DNA of 64,000 nt from assembly GCA_051658485.1 (NCBI GenBank), contig JBOFMR010000130.1, forward strand, positions 21,245 through 85,244. Reading direction: 5' to 3'. The position numbers and the translations under genes were made by a program. Within the stretch, counting starts at the first letter, position 1. The number at the start of each line of letters is the position of its first letter. The DNA comes from Phocaeicola sp. Its GTDB lineage: Bacteria > Bacteroidota > Bacteroidia > Bacteroidales > Bacteroidaceae. The notes under the pieces are model-generated. The model was given only the letters and a program-made list of their open reading frames with translations, ran no database searches and was not told the DNA's origin. Shown piece by piece: positions 49,883 to 60,396 of this stretch.

Positions 49883-51061
49883 TTACTTCTGTTTCTTTCC
49901 AGGGTGTGTAGGCATAAATGGGCTGCTTTCTCCAGATCTACCGGTTGACACCTGTGGGGTAATCTGTTTAACCGTTGCCTCGAGTACTACCTCTCTATTA
50001 GCCTGAACACCCGATATGATTTCGGTGACGCTACCGTTGCTAAGACCTGTCTCTACGGGAATGGCTGTATAGGTATCTCCCTCGCGAACCCAAAGTTTGT
50101 TTTTAGATTGGCAATCTTCTACGTGAATCGCATTGCCTAAAAGTGCAGTTGTGGGAGTAAAACGGAGGGCTTTGTTAGGTACAATGAGTACATCTTTCTT
50201 GTCGACTGTGTAGACATTTACATTGGCAGTTAATCCTGGTTTTAACTTCAAGTCAGGGTTTTTTGCCGAAATGACCACTTCGTAGGTTACCACATTACTA
50301 GTGGTAGTTGCCTCAAGGCGCACTTGGGTAACATACCCCTCGAAGAGATCGTTTGGATAGGTGTCAACCGTAAAGCTTACGCGTTGTTTCTCTTTAACTC
50401 CCCCTATGTCAGCTTCGTCCACGTTGGCCACTACCTGCATCTCTGTAAGGTCGGCTGCAATGGTAAATAGGGTAGGTGTTTCGAAACCTGCAGCTACCGT
50501 TTGTCCCTCTTCTACAGCACGGTTTATCACAATTCCATCAATGGGCGATGTGATAGTGGTATAGGATAGGTTGCGTTGTGCTTTGTCTAATTCAGCTTTA
50601 CTACTTGCTAGCGTGCTACGGGTGCGGTTGTAGTTGTATAGGCTTTGTTCGTAATCGATATCGCTAATCAACCCTTTTTCATGCAATGTTTTATTGCGGT
50701 TATATAGCTGTTGTTGATATTCAAATTCAGCTTTAGCACCGTCGTAGGAAGCTTGTCGTGATGCCAATTCACTCAGCAAAGTTACTCGATCCATTTCAGC
50801 TATGAGCTGCCCTTTGGTAACGACTGAATTATAATCGGCATATATTCTATCGACAATACCCGATACCTGCGTACCTACGTTGATTTTAGTAACTGGTTCT
50901 ACTGTCCCTGTAGCAGTAATAGCGTAACTCACCTCTCCACGAGTTACTTGCGTAGTCTCTATATGATTTAGAGTCTGATCCTGGGGTTGGTTAAAGAACC
51001 ACCATGCCCCAACTGCTCCTGCAGCAATCAATGCTACAATTAAAATTGTTCTTTTCTTCAT
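49883..51061 (-). CDS. MacA-like periplasmic adaptor (MFP)
   Basis: ATGTVEP...VGTQVSG, ITSPIDG.V....VEEGQTV, VDEADIG, LKPGLTANV. Confidence 0.92.
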   Translation of the reverse strand: MKKRTILIVALIAAGAVGAWWFFNQPQDQTLNHIETTQVTRGEVSYAITATGTVEPVTKINVGTQVSGIVDRIYADYNSVVTKGQLIAEMDRVTLLSELASRQASYDGAKAEFEYQQQLYNRNKTLHEKGLISDIDYEQSLYNYNRTRSTLASSKAELDKAQRNLSYTTITSPIDGIVINRAVEEGQTVAAGFETPTLFTIAADLTEMQVVANVDEADIGGVKEKQRVSFTVDTYPNDLFEGYVTQVRLEATTTSNVVTYEVVISAKNPDLKLKPGLTANVNVYTVDKKDVLIVPNKALRFTPTTALLGNAIHVEDCQSKNKLWVREGDTYTAIPVETGLSNGSVTEIISGVQANREVVLEATVKQITPQVSTGRSGESSPFMPTHPGKKQK

Positions 51062-51099
51062 ATCTTATTTATTCTTAGTTTGAACGATTTGTAGTGAAA

Positions 51100-52524
51100 T
51101 TACTCGGTAACTGTAGAGAGATCCTTTAAGCTCTCTTCAAAGGAGCCTCCCCCGTAGAAGTTAAGCAAGAGACGATTCATCACCGTCATATATTTAGCTT
51201 GGATGTATGACTGTTGTGCTGCTAAAAGATTGTTCTTCTCGGTCAGTAGCTCGACTATATTTTTCATGCCCAATTGAAACTGTTCATTGATCATTTTATA
51301 ACTCACCTCTGCACTCTTTAGTTGTACCTCAGCTGCCGTAAAATGTTGTTGTGCATTGTTGGCATCTAGCCAAAGATTCTCGATGGTTTTGTAGAGCTCT
51401 TTCTGCGTACTAATCAGTGCTAATTCACGGTCATCACGTTGCAATCGTGCTTTTTCCACGGAGCTTTTCACCGTACGATTATTAAAGATAGGTACACTTA
51501 AGCTAAGCTCAATGTTGTTGTTCCATCCATATTTTAATTGACTGCCCAACCCATTTGTGCTGCTGGTATAGTGGTTGGTACCTGTACTTGCATTCAAGCT
51601 GAGGCTAGGATAGTAACCTGCTTTGGCAATGGAAATGGCTAGATTAGCACTTTGAATACTTAACTTACTACTCTCCACTTCGGGACGAGAGGCAAGAGCG
51701 TTTAGGTATATATCGCTCTTGTTGGGGAGTGGTGCAGTGACCTGCTGGTTGGTTAATGAGAGATCTTCTATGGTAAAGGGAGCCTCGCCCTCTATCTCTA
51801 ATAGCTGCTTTAGTTGTAGCAGATAACTTTGTAGTGATGATTTTGCCACAACGACTTGGTAAGCGTCGTTACCTACTTGCGACTCCAATTGGGCAACCTC
51901 TGCTTTCGAGAGTGAACCAACTTCCAGTAGCTCTTTGCCACGTTCTAGTTGTGCTTGGCTCACGGCGAGTGTGTTTTCATTCATTACAACCGACTCTTGT
52001 GCATATAGCACTTGCATGTAGAACTGTGTCACCTGCTCTTGAATGGAGTTGGCACTCTGATGGAGCGCTAGCCCTGCCATCTCTTCGTTTATCTCCCCTT
52101 GTTTGATTGTATTTATGCGTTTATTCCCATTCCATACCATCCATTGTGCGTTGAGGCTGTAGTTGCCATTGTAGGTTGTTTTACTATCACTCGTTCCCGC
52201 TTCACTGCCGTTTGTGGTGGTGTTGTTCTCTTGAAAGGGGCGATTCATTATACTTTGTGTCGTTCCCAATGAGAGACTAGGAAAGAGTGCCGCTTTGGCT
52301 GTTTTAACATCCACTTCGCTGCTCTTGAAGGCTATTTGTTGCTGTTGTAATTGAATGTTCTCTTCCAACGCGTGATTGATGCAATCTTTTAGCGTCCAAG
52401 CATGCTGCATCTCTACGGTAGTCTCTTCTTTATGGCTGTCTTGTGGAGATATTTCTTGCGCATAAAGTGCTGTTGTGGATAGCCAACCTATCATCGCTAT
52501 TGCATATAAAAAGTTTGTTTTCAT
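51100..52524 (-). CDS. tolC: TolC family outer-membrane efflux protein
   Basis: Signal peptide; WTLKDCINHAL..N, AKAALFPSLSL, AKAGYYPSLSL, LSVPIFN duplicated OEP motifs. Confidence 0.9.
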   Translation of the reverse strand: MKTNFLYAIAMIGWLSTTALYAQEISPQDSHKEETTVEMQHAWTLKDCINHALEENIQLQQQQIAFKSSEVDVKTAKAALFPSLSLGTTQSIMNRPFQENNTTTNGSEAGTSDSKTTYNGNYSLNAQWMVWNGNKRINTIKQGEINEEMAGLALHQSANSIQEQVTQFYMQVLYAQESVVMNENTLAVSQAQLERGKELLEVGSLSKAEVAQLESQVGNDAYQVVVAKSSLQSYLLQLKQLLEIEGEAPFTIEDLSLTNQQVTAPLPNKSDIYLNALASRPEVESSKLSIQSANLAISIAKAGYYPSLSLNASTGTNHYTSSTNGLGSQLKYGWNNNIELSLSVPIFNNRTVKSSVEKARLQRDDRELALISTQKELYKTIENLWLDANNAQQHFTAAEVQLKSAEVSYKMINEQFQLGMKNIVELLTEKNNLLAAQQSYIQAKYMTVMNRLLLNFYGGGSFEESLKDLSTVTE

Positions 52525-52971
52525 CTTCTCATTCTTTAAATGTTCACAACAAAGGTAGGGTAGTGGTGATTCTTTATCAATTTAATTAGACTTATGGGAT
52601 GAATCTATAGACCAACATTTGCTTTTTACCGATAAACGGGCTTATCCCAATCACCTATTTATGCACTGACGGCGTGTTAAATGGCTCCATGCTTTTGGCA
52701 CTTCTTGTTTTAGAAAGGTGCTGAGAGTTGCTTATGAGTGGGGAATGGCTCATGAAGTCAACTCTTTGCATCTGTTTAATTCGTTTTATTGATTATCTTT
52801 GCCTATTATTTCATTAATAGGTCTAAAAAGAGGTCAGTTGTAATCCTTATTGTATCATTTTAGAAGTCGCTCTAGAAACATTTTGTAAATCGTTACTAGC
52901 ATCGTACCCTCTATCTGTCTATGAACAATCATTGACTATGTCACTTCTTATAATTAAATTCGAATAAAAGA

Positions 52972-54681
52972 ATGAGTAAAACTTGGATGTATAAAAGTTT
53001 TTGTTGGATTGTAGTTCTCTTACTCATCCCAAGTTGCAAATCAACTAAAGAAGAGAACCCGTCTGTTGTTTTTCAAAACGGTGTAATCTATACCTGTGAT
53101 GAGCTATTGCCTACTGCACAGGCAATGGTCTTAAAGAATGAACAGATTCTTTATGTGGGGAGCAATGAAGAGGCCTCTAGCTATATAAATAAGGCTAGTA
53201 AAGTCATTGATTTGAAAGGGAAGTGTATCCTTCCTGGTTTTGTAGAGAGCCACTCACATCCTACCACAGTTGGTGCACTCAACTTTGATAACCTTCTATT
53301 TTTGCATACAACTCAAAATTTAGAATCTGTGTTAGAGATGGTAAAAGATTACCATGCCAATAATCCCCAAATCGATTGTATTGTAGGGTTTGGTTATTTG
53401 CTTGATGCATTGGGACTCTCTCCGGGTGAAACTCCTACAGCAAAACCTTTGGATGCTATATCTGAGGATATACCAATTTTCCTTTATGATGAATCTTTGC
53501 ATTCAGCTTGGTGCAATGGTAAAGCATTGGAAATAGCTCAAATTGATGAGCATACTCCCGATATTCTTCCAAGAGTCTCTTATTATGTACGTTATCCAAA
53601 TAGTCAGGTACCCACTGGATATTTGTATGAAAAGGCTGTATTCTCCGTTGCTTCTCACCTTCCTAATAATGAGGAGGGGCGTTTGTATACCAATATTGAG
53701 TCTGTTTTAAAGGACTATTCAGCCTTTGGATTTACTTCGATAGTAGATGCTGACAACTACTTTGAGCTTGGAACCAAAGTGTTACATCGTATGGCAGAGA
53801 GTAAGAATCTTCCTTTTTACTACCAAAAATCTTGTGTGGCCGATAATTCTTTTTCAGCAGATCTTAATGTTCAGAACCTAGAATTTTTTGATAAGCGATA
53901 CAGTGTAGATAACCTTTTTTGTAATACCTATAAACTGTTTGCTGATGGAACGGTTGAACTTGAGAGTGCAAGTTTATTAGAGCCTTATAGCTCCTCGGGT
54001 GCCATGGTGAATCCGCACTATACAAAGGAAGAGATGTTAGCGCATATCTCGGCTTCACTGCAAGCGGGCTATTCTGTGCACATTCATGCCATTGGCGATA
54101 AAGCGCAGCAATATGCGCTGGATGCCTTTTATGAAACCAAGGATATCAAACCCTATGTAGCTCGTACCATCGCTCATAATCAGGTTTTTGAGCCACAGGC
54201 TGTTATGAAGTATGGAGCTCTCAAAGATAACCTTTTTTGTCAGTCTACTCCCTCATGGGCACAAACAGAGAATGGTGATCCGACGCTATTTAAATTGGGT
54301 CCCATCCGTTTCGTGCATCAGTTTTTATTGGGTGATGTTGCTGCACAAGGTGGAGTGTTGACCTTTGGTTCTGATTATCCTGCCAATGAGTGGGAGGAGG
54401 TAAATCCTTTTTATCAGATGTATCATGCCGTAAAGCGTGGAGAGGGTGCAGATCATTATTTACTCCCTCATTCAGCAGGTGTAACCCGTGAGCAGGCTTT
54501 GAAGGCATATACCATAAATGGAGCTCGTCAAATGGGAATTGGCCATCTTACTGGAAGTTTAAAGGTTGGTAAAACGGCTGATTTTATAGTGGTGGATCAA
54601 GATATAATGCAAGTTGATCTGGAGAAATTTAAGCAAACCAAGGTTGAGCAACTCTTCTTTAGAGGAGAGCGTTTGTATTAA
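52972..54681 (+). CDS. Amidohydrolase_3 (YtcJ-like) metallohydrolase, probable lipoprotein
   Basis: Lipobox-like LIPSC; PGFVESHSH, KLFADG, HIHAIGD, IAHNQ, FGSDYP, GSLKVGKTADFIV. Confidence 0.88.
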   Translation: MSKTWMYKSFCWIVVLLLIPSCKSTKEENPSVVFQNGVIYTCDELLPTAQAMVLKNEQILYVGSNEEASSYINKASKVIDLKGKCILPGFVESHSHPTTVGALNFDNLLFLHTTQNLESVLEMVKDYHANNPQIDCIVGFGYLLDALGLSPGETPTAKPLDAISEDIPIFLYDESLHSAWCNGKALEIAQIDEHTPDILPRVSYYVRYPNSQVPTGYLYEKAVFSVASHLPNNEEGRLYTNIESVLKDYSAFGFTSIVDADNYFELGTKVLHRMAESKNLPFYYQKSCVADNSFSADLNVQNLEFFDKRYSVDNLFCNTYKLFADGTVELESASLLEPYSSSGAMVNPHYTKEEMLAHISASLQAGYSVHIHAIGDKAQQYALDAFYETKDIKPYVARTIAHNQVFEPQAVMKYGALKDNLFCQSTPSWAQTENGDPTLFKLGPIRFVHQFLLGDVAAQGGVLTFGSDYPANEWEEVNPFYQMYHAVKRGEGADHYLLPHSAGVTREQALKAYTINGARQMGIGHLTGSLKVGKTADFIVVDQDIMQVDLEKFKQTKVEQLFFRGERLY

Positions 54682-55068
54682 ATGTACATTCAATTCTTTG
54701 GAGGAACTTGTTTGATAGACTAATATCTACCGATGTAGATACAGAACTTTTTGCACTACCGGTATGAGGTGTGTCTGCTGCATAGAAGCTAGTTAGACAT
54801 CCTTAATGAGGGGAGGTAGTGTACAAGGGAGGGCTACTCTTCCTGACAGGAGAAAGAAAAAAGAATAGAGTATAAGGAGGGGGGAGTTATTTTAAACTCA
54901 GATGAATAGACTCAAATTATGCCAAGTAAGCATGTTTTCTGTTCTGTTTTATAACTTTTAGTATGGGAAAGATGGGGAAAAGCTAAGCTAGGAGTAAGGT
55001 AGAATGGTGGAAATGCTTACTCCTAGAATGAAATGTAGTTTTCTACTATTTTTATGAGACAGATTGCC

Positions 55069-55076
55069 TACCTTTG
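55069..55076 (+). promoter_or_regulatory. Orphan plus-strand -7 promoter box facing the brxL 3' end
   Basis: TACCTTTG followed by an A-rich leader, with no plus-strand gene downstream. Confidence 0.4.
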
Positions 55077-55137
55077 CATATTTTTCAGTAGACCCTATTT
55101 AGAAGAACTTTAAACCATTCAAACCCATACCACCCCT

Positions 55138-57168
55138 CTACTTTATCCCCAATGCCTTAAATGCTGCATCTACAGGTTCAGAATAGACCTCTAAGCTGAA
55201 CTTTGAAATCAGATCAGCAGGAACTTTGGAGTAATTCATCATATCTACTACGGGTATCAAAATCTTTTTAGCTCCCGCATCGCATGCTATTTGTAATGCA
55301 CCTGCCAAATCGCTTGTTGGTATTATCGTTCCTCCAATACTCATGGAGCCCAACACACACATTTGAGGCTGTACACATCTCCCTGTAAGACCTGATACTA
55401 GAGAGATAAACACGCCCAACTCTAAGCCACCCAGAGTACCTATTCCGTTAATGTCGGTTGCCTTCATGTGCATCTCATTTTCTGAAAAGTGTGCACTTTG
55501 TGAGATGCGACTAAGGTTAGAACGGCAGTAGTTTACGGCCTCTTTTAGTTCATCACTAATGGCACTACCACTACCAAAGCCAGTATGTGTAAACTTCCCA
55601 TTGCCAGGCATCACCTGCAAGTCAATTCGCACTAGCCCTAAATTGGCATCACCTCCAGGTTGATGAGCAACTCCATACAACGAACCGGGTTGTAGCTCTC
55701 CTTCAGGAATTAGGGCAGAGCCACCATTCTCTGGGGTACTAACATACCGCTCTTCGCCATCCTCCAAGTCAATGTAACTAAAGTGTACATCATAAAACTC
55801 CAATCCACCAATCTTCTTTAATTGCTCCTTGATTCTGCGGCGTCCTATTAACGCATACTCTAGACAGAGTCTTACCTCCTCCTTCTCAAACTCCCCATTC
55901 GGGAAGAGCAACTTTAGCAATCCACTTACTGTCTTCTTTACCGCAATCACATCTCTTTGATTCAAATCTTTTCCTAGACGGAAATATTTCTGAATGGCAT
56001 CACTGAAACTACGTTTTCGCATCTCTCGCAAACATTCAGAGAAGTAGTCAGAGATAAACCCAAAAGAGTCTGTAAAGAACTCTGGGCGCATCTTTGGAAT
56101 CTCCCAACCAGGCAAGTAATGATGAAAGCGGTCGAAGAAGGCTGCATCAATCATCTCTTTGGGGAATGGAGAGAGTAAATGACTCACCTTTACTAGGTTC
56201 TCAATGCTACCGTTGATATTGCCCACAAAAACCATGGAAGCATTGGCATTGATACTCTCTTTTCCCCGGCTGAAGGAGCCATTGGCCATATAGCCTTTCA
56301 TAATTTGAATACCATCCTTATCCTTCATGTTGATACCTGCCACCTCATCAAAGGCCACCACATCCCACGTACCTACCAGTCCTACCTGATGCCTACCCAT
56401 GTTGTAAAAGAGATTAGCCACCGTAGTTTGACCTCCCGAGATAAGGATAGAGTAGGGGGATAGCTCATCATACACGTAGGACTTACCCGTTCCACGCGGT
56501 CCCAGTTCACAAATATTGAAGTTGTTCTCTACAAACGGAATCATTCGAGCCACCAAGTGCCAGCGACTCTTTTCATCCAGATTAGAGGGTTCCATACCTA
56601 CACTGCGACAAATAACCTCAATCCACTCATCTAGGCTGAAATACTTTCGGTTCTCTATGTACTCCTCCAAATCAGTAGCTGGCATTTGTATGGGTTTCAG
56701 AGAAGCTATTTTAAATGGACTTCCCTTTATATTCTCCTCGTAGATATACTCCATATCGATAATAGACCAAACCCCACCACAGAGCAACTTTTCGTAGCTT
56801 TTGATGTAGCTATCATCTATATCGATACGGTTGATATTAATATTGAAGATTTGCCCTTCGTAGCTGTCCGTACGTTCATTTAGCTTAGCCGTTACCTTGT
56901 CTATGATTTTGTACCGTCCTTTTTCTCGAATCTTCGATTTAATCTTTTCAGCTTCGTCTGGACGTACAAAGTTTTCGGCAAGTACACGCTTCACCATGGC
57001 CGTACCATTCTCAATATCCTCTTCGTTATCGGTTGCACAATACATACCAAGTAGATACTCCAGTACATAGCTAGGTACATTCGCCCCCTCTTTAATACTT
57101 TTAGTCAAATCCTTACGAACTACCTTTCCTGTATAGTACTCATTTAGTTTTCTATCTATCTCATTCAT
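55138..57168 (-). CDS. brxL: BREX AAA+ protein with a Lon-like C-terminal domain
   Basis: GKVVRKDL, VPSYVLEYLLGMYC, ELGPRGTGKSY, VVAFDEVAG, AFFDRFH..PGWEIPKMRP, NQRDVIAVKKTVSGL. Confidence 0.95.
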   Translation of the reverse strand: MNEIDRKLNEYYTGKVVRKDLTKSIKEGANVPSYVLEYLLGMYCATDNEEDIENGTAMVKRVLAENFVRPDEAEKIKSKIREKGRYKIIDKVTAKLNERTDSYEGQIFNININRIDIDDSYIKSYEKLLCGGVWSIIDMEYIYEENIKGSPFKIASLKPIQMPATDLEEYIENRKYFSLDEWIEVICRSVGMEPSNLDEKSRWHLVARMIPFVENNFNICELGPRGTGKSYVYDELSPYSILISGGQTTVANLFYNMGRHQVGLVGTWDVVAFDEVAGINMKDKDGIQIMKGYMANGSFSRGKESINANASMVFVGNINGSIENLVKVSHLLSPFPKEMIDAAFFDRFHHYLPGWEIPKMRPEFFTDSFGFISDYFSECLREMRKRSFSDAIQKYFRLGKDLNQRDVIAVKKTVSGLLKLLFPNGEFEKEEVRLCLEYALIGRRRIKEQLKKIGGLEFYDVHFSYIDLEDGEERYVSTPENGGSALIPEGELQPGSLYGVAHQPGGDANLGLVRIDLQVMPGNGKFTHTGFGSGSAISDELKEAVNYCRSNLSRISQSAHFSENEMHMKATDINGIGTLGGLELGVFISLVSGLTGRCVQPQMCVLGSMSIGGTIIPTSDLAGALQIACDAGAKKILIPVVDMMNYSKVPADLISKFSLEVYSEPVDAAFKALGIK

Positions 57169-57183
57169 CTGTTTATTACCTCT

Positions 57184-59679
57184 TTAGAATTCTGCTTGAA
57201 ACATGACACTCACCTTATAGGGCACCTCTTTGTACTTTACAAACTGTTCAGAACCTTCTGCTTGTCGTTCCATTCTCAGTACCACCTCTTGACCATTCAA
57301 TTTACTCAGCTGGCTTTTAAATATGAATTGATGCTTTTGCTCTCTTTGTGAACTTTCACCACTTTGGCTAGTGAAACTCATGCAGAGCGAATCGGAGATA
57401 AGGTTTCCTGCAGCATCATAAAAACCTAATCGCAAGGTGATGCCTTTCACCTTTTCTGTGACAGCCTCCGATTGGTAAAAGCTAATTGTTTGGTTGTTGG
57501 TGCTCAATCGAGCTCTTTTATTGAGAATATCGACCTCCACCTGACTGGTTCCTGCCGCCTTCTTTATTTTCACATGCAGTACGGGCACCACCACCTCTTG
57601 CAGCATACATCCCCCATGTACAAACCTACTTCCAGACCCTTGTTTGCGTATACGGTTCATTGCTTTGGCTATCTGTATCTGTTTCCCAGCCTTGAGTCCC
57701 ACCTTTTCGCTCTCCCAAGTTTTCACCGCATTACCCGGTTGTAAGTTGTTACCAATAACAAAACGCCGTGTTCCTGTGATTACATCTCCCATCACTTTGA
57801 AGTCAGTAAAATCACTCTCATCAAGCAGCTCGTTTTGGTAGAGATATCCATGGTCAGAAGTGATTAAGATATTCGAACCGTTACCATTGCTAATGATTTT
57901 AATCATCCGCAGAATGCGTTCAAACTCCTCCTCCGTCGCATCAAATATCTGACTCTCCGAATCCTTATTATCACCCCGTTTATCAATCACATTGCTATAG
58001 ATGTAGTAGAGATCGAAATCTTTAAAATAGGCTTTCGGTTGGGTGATATCCAAGAACTCATCTGCTCGAATGGCTAAGCTTCTTGGCTCTTTCTTTGCCA
58101 ACACCTTTTTCCTTGCCTCCGTTCCTTTCGTACTTAGTCCATCGGCAAATACTTCATCGCTATCCTTCTCATAAGATAGTTCTCGATTGGGTAGCAAGGC
58201 AGCCATCCCCAATTGCGTGTAGGAGGGGAGTGTAGAAAGCATGGCATCCTTCATTGTACTCTCCATGCGCTTCTCCCTAGCAATACGTTGCGCTAACTCT
58301 ACCATCGTTTCATAGCGCAAAGCATCACTGATGATGACAAATATCTTTTTCCCTCTCTGTACAAAGGGGGCAACATAATAGTCATAAAATGAGGCTTGAG
58401 AAATAATGCGATCCATCTGCCACCTATCCATTCCATCCACCACCTGTTGCCATTTCCTCCCTAGGGGCATTAAGTAGCTGTTGGTATAGCTGCGCTGCAC
58501 CCTCTCGGTGACCTCACTCAGTAGCGAAGTGTTTTCGGCTTGGCTTGCCTCTCTAATGTAATGGCGATAATGCAAGTCGATGCTATATAGTTCGTTGCAG
58601 TAGCGTTTAAATCCCTCTTCAGGGGCATCTATAATCACTCCACCCATCTTTTGGTCAATCTCTTCTAGCATTCTGCGAGCTTCCAACAGGGCTGTTAGCG
58701 TGTGCGCTGCTACCGAGAAGAAGAGTTTTCCCTCTCGTTCATCTACAATTGACTCCATCTTCTCTACCTGCATCGTACCATTCAATACCTCTATTTGCAG
58801 ATAGTGTGCTATAATTTTATCTACGCAAGGGAACGTCTCGATACCCACTAACTGCTCAAGCGGATGTTCTTGAAGTAGATTAACGATATCCAACTCCTGC
58901 TCTAAAAGCTTGGCCCACTCTCTGTACAGTTCACCCTGTTGGCGACTGTCTCTCCAATCGCGCATAAAGATATGTGCTTCGTTGCTCAACTCACTGGGTT
59001 GAAACTGTTGTTGCAGGTCATCCTGAAAGAGTACAATCAGTAGATCTTTTACATTCCGTTTCTTTTTATAACCGAAGAGGCTCTCTATCTCCTGCCAATA
59101 GAGTGCACCAAGGTTGTATTGCTCCAGCTTCTCTTGCAGCTCCTTCCCACCCTTTAAAGCCTCTTTAGCCAATGCGTAGGTAAGCTGTTCACAATTGGGT
59201 TCTGTTTTGCAAACCACCCCAATCATCTGCTTCTCTATCATCTCCACATCCATCCCTGTGCGCAACCTTGCAGCCAGTTTGCTTCGGTTGGTAGCTGTTT
59301 TAAAGAACTCCAGATGATTATCCACCACCTTCGGTTTTAATTCAAGGGGGATACCACACTCTGCCGCATGAAGTGAACCCATATCTGCCGAGAATAGTGT
59401 AGCCTCCATCTGTAGGTCGAGCAACCAATTGTGCTCATCTTTGGGTGCAGCTTCTGGACTATAGATTACAAAACCCCGTTCGGGTTGCTCTCCCTTTAGG
59501 ATCCGATATTTCAGTGTAAAAGCATTGTTCTGTAGCGTGAGTACCTCTACGCCAGGTATCTCTAGTGAAGAGGCAAAGTGCTGCATTTGCCCACCCTCAT
59601 CATACCAAAATACCAAGCGACGACGTTCAATCAGATTGCTTAGTATATTCTCTATTTTTAGTTTGGTAGAATCTGTCAT
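57184..59679 (-). CDS. pglZ: BREX-1 PglZ alkaline-phosphatase-like protein
   Basis: RLVFWYD, VIISDALRYE, LPSYTQLGMAALLP, IDKRGD, ITSDHGYLYQ, RFVHGG..LQEVVVP; directly upstream of brxL. Confidence 0.95.
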   Translation of the reverse strand: MTDSTKLKIENILSNLIERRRLVFWYDEGGQMQHFASSLEIPGVEVLTLQNNAFTLKYRILKGEQPERGFVIYSPEAAPKDEHNWLLDLQMEATLFSADMGSLHAAECGIPLELKPKVVDNHLEFFKTATNRSKLAARLRTGMDVEMIEKQMIGVVCKTEPNCEQLTYALAKEALKGGKELQEKLEQYNLGALYWQEIESLFGYKKKRNVKDLLIVLFQDDLQQQFQPSELSNEAHIFMRDWRDSRQQGELYREWAKLLEQELDIVNLLQEHPLEQLVGIETFPCVDKIIAHYLQIEVLNGTMQVEKMESIVDEREGKLFFSVAAHTLTALLEARRMLEEIDQKMGGVIIDAPEEGFKRYCNELYSIDLHYRHYIREASQAENTSLLSEVTERVQRSYTNSYLMPLGRKWQQVVDGMDRWQMDRIISQASFYDYYVAPFVQRGKKIFVIISDALRYETMVELAQRIAREKRMESTMKDAMLSTLPSYTQLGMAALLPNRELSYEKDSDEVFADGLSTKGTEARKKVLAKKEPRSLAIRADEFLDITQPKAYFKDFDLYYIYSNVIDKRGDNKDSESQIFDATEEEFERILRMIKIISNGNGSNILITSDHGYLYQNELLDESDFTDFKVMGDVITGTRRFVIGNNLQPGNAVKTWESEKVGLKAGKQIQIAKAMNRIRKQGSGSRFVHGGCMLQEVVVPVLHVKIKKAAGTSQVEVDILNKRARLSTNNQTISFYQSEAVTEKVKGITLRLGFYDAAGNLISDSLCMSFTSQSGESSQREQKHQFIFKSQLSKLNGQEVVLRMERQAEGSEQFVKYKEVPYKVSVMFQAEF

Positions 59680-59696
59680 ATTCTTTATTTATTCCC

Positions 59697-60344
59697 TTAA
59701 GGCCTAATGACCTTTTTATATTTCTGTTTACTACTTGTAGGTTTGCTTGGAATGGCGAGTTCTATATGTCCACCTTCGATTGCAGGAACCAAATAGTGCT
59801 TTCTAAAAAACGTTCTATCTGCTACACCCAACAGTTTTTGCAAAGTATCCCTATCCATCTCTCCATTGATGACTTGAAGAAGTTTTTCAACTTGCGCGGT
59901 AACATGCGCGGTAACATGCGCGGTAACCTCTCCATTTGCAGGAAATATCAATCTCGTAAAGTTATCCATAAACTTAAAGCAATCCTTTCCGTATACCCTA
60001 ACAATACGAGGAACCCCAAAACCAAGCGATTCAACCAGTTCTAAATCACGGTAGATCCTCATCAATTCTTTGTTGCGAGGGATAGATATTCCTTCAAAGA
60101 ACTCTTCCTTACTCATAGTTTCAGGCAGTCTGCCAGCAGAAGTAATTTCTAATCTATCTGGAAATATTTCAAACTTGGGCGACACTTCAAAAGAGTAATC
60201 ATTGTGTACAATGGCATTAATAACCGCTTCACGCAAAGCCCGCTTATCCCAATCTTTATAATTAAGAAAAGCGACAACCTCTTTTTCGAGATCCACTTCT
60301 GGAGTGAGTTCTCTTTTGAGTTCTATGCGGTTTGTTTCTATCAT
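59697..60344 (-). pseudogene. AlbA_2(Schlafen)/HATPase_c_4/HTH gene with a large in-frame internal deletion
   Basis: First ~30 aa (RIELKREL...LEKEVVAFLN) are an AlbA_2 start, joined directly to ALREAVINAIVHNDY...FPDRLEITSAG...RNKELMRIY..L..VE.LG.G (HATPase_c_4) and a C-terminal HTH ending KPTSSKQKY. Confidence 0.65.
59893..59928. repeat. 3 x 12-bp tandem repeat (encodes TAHV TAHV TAQV)
   Basis: TGCGCGGTAACA TGCGCGGTAACA TGCGCGGTAACC. Confidence 0.9.
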
Positions 60345-60396
60345 TTTAGTTTATTGATTTGTTGAGTATAAGTAGGTTCTATGAGAAAAATAAGGA

